A DNA stretch of 64,000 bases, taken from assembly GCF_030028105.1 (NCBI RefSeq), contig NC_092373.1:188015998-188079997 (forward strand), in the 5' to 3' direction. Shown here piece by piece: positions 59,880 through 64,000 of the stretch. Origin of the DNA: Mobula birostris (Eukaryota). The position numbers and the translations under genes were made by a program. Each line of letters starts with the position of its first letter. Positions within the stretch are counted from its first letter, which is position 1. A model generated the notes under the pieces. That model was not told the DNA's origin. It did not search any database and was given only the letters and a program-made list of their open reading frames with translations.

Positions 59880-60170
59880 TTATTTGTTTTCATTTTATTT
59901 TATTCAAAAGTAAGCCTTCTGGCCCTTTGAGGCATACTGCCCCAGCCAGCCCACAACCCTGATTAACCTTGACCTAATCACAGGACAATTTGCAATGACT
60001 AGTTAACCCACCCAGTACATCTTTGGACTGTGGGAGGAAACAATAACGTGCGGGGAGATGTACAGAGACTCCTTACAGAACGAAGCCAGATGTGAACCCT
60101 GAACTCTGAACTCTGGAACGCCTCAGATTGCAATAGCATTGCATGACTACAATGCTACCGTGTCACACGG
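59880..60170 (-). mobile_element. V-domain SINE
   Basis: Same family as 20085-20380 (cctaatcacaggacaattt...ctttggactgtgggaggaaac...gactccttacaga). Confidence 0.75.
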
Positions 60171-60515
60171 AATTTTCTGGATTTCCTCACCCAGGCCACG
60201 CCTATTTCTTGACACATCTGCTCTTGAAGTTCACGCTGACTATTGACGGGGGCGGGTGGTGGAGGAGGTTCTGCATAATAAACCCACTCGGGTAACCATG
60301 CCCTTATATCTAGATGCTTCCCAAATGGCCTCATTAGATAATCCCTCAGGTTTATCCATTCCAAGCACTGTTTTTATTTGTTTTTTTTTATCAAAAAGAC
60401 AACATCCCTTCCACTCTTGTTCACCTGACTTGCCTGAAGTATTGGTTTCCTAGAACATTGAGCTGCCAATCCTGGTCTTCTCTCAGCCACTTTTCTGTTA
60501 TCCCATTCCTTAGAG

Positions 60516-60598
60516 CAGGGGTTCCCAAACTTTTTTTTTATGCCATGGACCCCTACTATTAACCGAGGAGTCTGAGTACCACAGGTTGGAAATCCCTG
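60516..60598. mobile_element. hAT-Charlie-type MITE, 83 bp
   Basis: TIRs CAGGGGTTCCCAA / TTGGAAATCCCTG; 8-bp flanks CCTTAGAG / CCCTGGAG (6/8 match). Confidence 0.7.
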
Positions 60599-61851
60599 CC
60601 CTGGAGGCAACTCATACACTCAGTCCGTCTTTCTTAACTGTTAGGCTACGTACGTGTATTGAAAGAGATGCAATTTAAACAAGATTTACGTCTAGTGCAG
60701 GCTGAGGGATGGGATGGGTTCATCTGTCACCAGAAACTATATTGTTAAATTACTTTGGATTCATTTGTTTGTGTTCCATGGACAAAAATGCTCGTAGTTC
60801 GTAACATAATGAGCAATTTTTATACATCTCGATTGCTAACATAAGAAGTGGAAAATTCTGGCAAGTATGAAATTAAGGCTGCATAAGAAATGTGTATTTT
60901 GAACTTTACCCTGTATTTGGCCTGACAGTATTGGTGCTGCACCATTATTATCTGCCTGTCCCTTGTCAGCACTGGCAGACCCTTTAGGGGAGAGGTGGAA
61001 TTAAAAGCAAGGCTTAAGATTTCCAGCACCTGTCATTTAGTAATTTCCCTTTTATTCTGTCTTTATTCAGATTTCAATTATGCTAAGCTCATCTAAATTA
61101 ACCCACAATTAACTCGCTCCAGTTGTGTAAAAATATTGGCCTCTTATTCTGAAAAGCACTTGCCATTTGTCACTAAGTTGCTGCTGGCAAAGAGAGGATT
61201 GGAGCAATTTTTTACAACCATGCAGTGACTTTCTTCTCATTAAAATAGTTATCTGCATAATTATAACTGCATAAGAAAGTAATTTAGGAATAAAAACAAG
61301 CTATTAGGCCCAGCATGTCCATTCAATGCCAGGGTGCAATCGACAGTTGTCGATGTTTGTCCTATAAACCCCCTAGCCTCAGCATCTTATACCATTGTAT
61401 GAAATAGATGCAAAAGGAAACTTTTCAGCAACCACCCCCCCACCCCATGACTGTCTGGGTATCCAATAACATCATACCTGATCTATTTTCTAAGGGTCAA
61501 TATTCCTATCCAAAATATCGAATAATGTCCTGTCTTGAATATGTTAAGTGACTGACCTCGAGTTGGTTAAGAATTGCAAAGATTCAGCATACTTTAAGTG
61601 AAGTGAAGTCTTTCCACCTCAGTGCAGAATGACTTATCCCCTCATCTGAGACTGTGGCTCTGAGTTTAAAACAAGCCATTCAGCAGAAAGATCACCCCTG
61701 AATGTACTCCCTTCAGCCTGGTGAGAGTATTTCATTGAGAACATTTCTCACTTGTTTAAACTCTGAAGAATATTAAATTCAAATCCTTTCTCGAAAAAAG
61801 AGCTAACATATTGAAAAAGGATCTAGTACTTTCCTGGCATATTTGATGAAT

Positions 61852-61963
61852 AACGATGGGGGTATAAATGCCATCGGACTAGAAATTCCTGATGAAGCTG
61901 GCAGAGTTTGTCACCGAAATGCCGGTTAAAATCAATACCTGTACCCGGCTGGAAGCCCAAGAG
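61852..61963 (+). mobile_element. Penelope/Poseidon terminal-repeat fragment with hammerhead motif; second copy of the 7480-7592 sequence
   Basis: ggtataaatgccatcggactaga...CTGATGA (61889-61895), agctggcagagtttgtcacc, GAAA (61916-61919), tgcc, ggttaaaatcaatacctgtaccc. Confidence 0.75.
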
Positions 61964-62408
61964 TATAAACTCTTATAATATCCAACATATTATTTGCCTT
62001 GCCAACTTCTTGCTATACCTATCCATTTACTTTCAGTGATTCATGTACTAGAGTACTTGCTGTTCTCCAGAAACATAGTTGTACTAAATGTTAATATGTA
62101 GCAGCAGTTAAGACATATGTATATGTTTTACTGCACATATAGGCAATTTCAGTGAAACTTTTAAAAAGGTTGGATACATCTCAGATTCTTTATTTTACAA
62201 ATTCTACAAAGAAAGTTCTCAAACGTTAAAAACTGACTGTGTGCATCAAGTTTACACTGGCAATGATGATTTGGATGAGAATGGACAAGGCATTGTTACT
62301 AAGTTTGTAGATACCATCAAGAACGGTCAAGAATTGCCGTAGGATCTTTATCATCGATGTAAGTGTGCAGATGAATGAAAAATGGAGTTTAATTCAGTTT
62401 TAATTCAG

Positions 62409-62746
62409 AAAGGTGGCGTCCCATCACCCATCATGCAGGACGTGCCCTCTACTCATTGTTACCATCAGGAAGGAGGTACAGAAGTCTGAAGGCACTCAGT
62501 GATTCTGGAACAACTTCTTCCCCTCTGCCATCCAATTTCTAAATGGACATTGAACCTATGAACACTACCTCACTTTTTAAAAATTGTTTGTTTTTGCACC
62601 ATTTTTAATTTAATTATGTAATATATATATATTTATAATTGAATTACTTATTAATTTTTTTCTATATTATCATATATTGCATTGTGCTGCTGCCGCTAAG
62701 TTAACAAATTTCATGCTAGTGATGTTAAACCTGATCCTGATTCTGA
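62409..62746 (+). mobile_element. Rex1 3' end inserted into an old CR1, 9-bp TSD
   Basis: TTAATTCAG at 62400-62408 (also 62389-62397) and 62747-62755; CR1 RT sequence resumes after it. Confidence 0.8.
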
Positions 62747-62959
62747 TTAATTCAGGTAAGTGATACATTTGGAAGGTCCAATTAAAGTAGGATTTTCACA
62801 GTATTGTTTACTGCTCGGGGAGTGCTGTGGAACAGAGGGACTTTGGAATGAAGGTCCAAGTTCACCACCAAGATAGGACTGATGAGCCTTTTAAAGGGTG
62901 GTGGAGTATGCTTCATGATTAATTCCTTGTGATGTACAAATGTGGTGGTGCTGTCACCA

Positions 62960-64000
62960 AAGACAATACAAATACCGACGTCAGGATGCTGTTTATTGAC
63001 TATTGCTCAATGTTTAATACCTTCATTCCTAAAGGTCTGATTGAAAAGCTACAGAACGTAGGCCTCTATACCTCCCTCGGCAACTGGATCCTTGACTTCA
63101 TAACCAGAAGACACAATCTGTGTGGATTGGTAATAGTATCTCCTCACTGACAATCAACACTGGTGCATCTCAGGGATGTGTGTTTAACCTACTGCTCCAC
63201 TCTCTCTACACCCATGACTCTGTGGATAAGCATAGCTCAAATACCATCTATAAACTTACTAATAATACAACTATTGTTGGCAGAGTCTCAGATGGTGACA
63301 AATAGACATACAGGAGCGAGATATACCAGCTAGTTGAGTGGTGTCACAGCAACAACATTGCAGTTAACGTCAATAAGACCTGAGACTTCAGAAAAGGTAA
63401 GATGATGGAGCACACACCAATCCTCATAGAGTGATCAGAAATGGAGAAAGTAGGCAATTTCAAGTTCCTGGGTGTTAATAACTCCGAGGACCTAACTTGA
63501 TCCCAAGATATTGATACAGCTATAAAGAAAGCAAGACAACAGCTATATTTCATTAGGAGTTTGAGCAGATTTGTTCTGTCACCTAAAACTCTTGAAAATT
63601 TCTACAGATGTTCCATGGAGAGCATTCTACTGGCTGCATCACCATCCGCTATAGGGGTCAGGGAATGGTATTGCACACGATCAATGTAAACTGCAGAGAG
63701 TCATGAAATTAGTCAGCTCCATCATGGGTACTAGTCTTCGTAGTATCCAAGATATCTTCAAGGATTGATGCCTCAAAAAGGTGGCATTCATCATTAAGGA
63801 TCCCCACCACCCAGGACATGCCCTCTTCACTTTGGTACAATGAGGAAGGAGGTACAGAAGCCTGAAGGCACACACTCAGCGATTCATGAACAGTTTCTTC
63901 ACCTCTGCCATCTGATTTCTGAATGGACATACAAACCACGAACACAACCTCACTACTGTTTTTTATTTCTGATTTTTTGCAATACTTATTTAATTTAACT
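62960..64000 (+). mobile_element. Rex1/Babar LINE, 5'-truncated, running off the window end
   Basis: [22 protein letters not shown]; INTGASQGCV..LL.SLYTHD; IYKLTNNTTIVGRVSDGD. Confidence 0.9.

Noticed and set aside
1-64000. Nested LRRTM1 gene or further CTNNA2 exons (VMPRF... upstream, GKGPLKNT... downstream)
   Set aside because: No LRR ORF and neither peptide found by eye or in the ORF track. LRRTM1 is expected in an earlier intron. A short exon missed by eye cannot be fully excluded.
1-64000. CRISPR array or prokaryotic system
   Set aside because: No regularly spaced direct repeats or operon-like ORFs; the sequence is vertebrate intron.

Overview
Vertebrate genomic DNA, almost certainly from a cartilaginous fish. 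The repeat content looks batoid (ray-like), but that is inference. The window lies inside the alpha-N-catenin gene (CTNNA2, + strand). Two coding exons can be placed exactly: 16413-16526 (TPEELEDDSDFEQEDY...QSAR) and 45120-45301 (AIMAQLPQEEK...MTDFT/R), separated by a 28.6 kb GT-AG intron. I did not find the neighbouring exons in the window. The rest is intron densely filled with mobile-element relics: CR1, Rex1/Babar, three RTE lineages, a Tx1/L1 end, V-domain and Deu-domain SINEs, Tc1/mariner, hAT MITEs, a Chapaev3 deletion derivative carrying a perfect p53-type site, and an internally deleted Gypsy element with PNMA-like gag. The most notable signal is a set of about a dozen Penelope-like terminal-repeat relics. 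Many are fold-back (inverted) structures carrying minimal type-I hammerhead-ribozyme motifs (CUGAUGA-stem II-GAAACGUC). One motif has an intact core on the CTNNA2 sense strand, and fold-back copies sit on both sides of the first exon and just downstream of the second. Family names come from motif recognition only, with no database search. Ends of old repeats are approximate unless a TSD or TIR is quoted.
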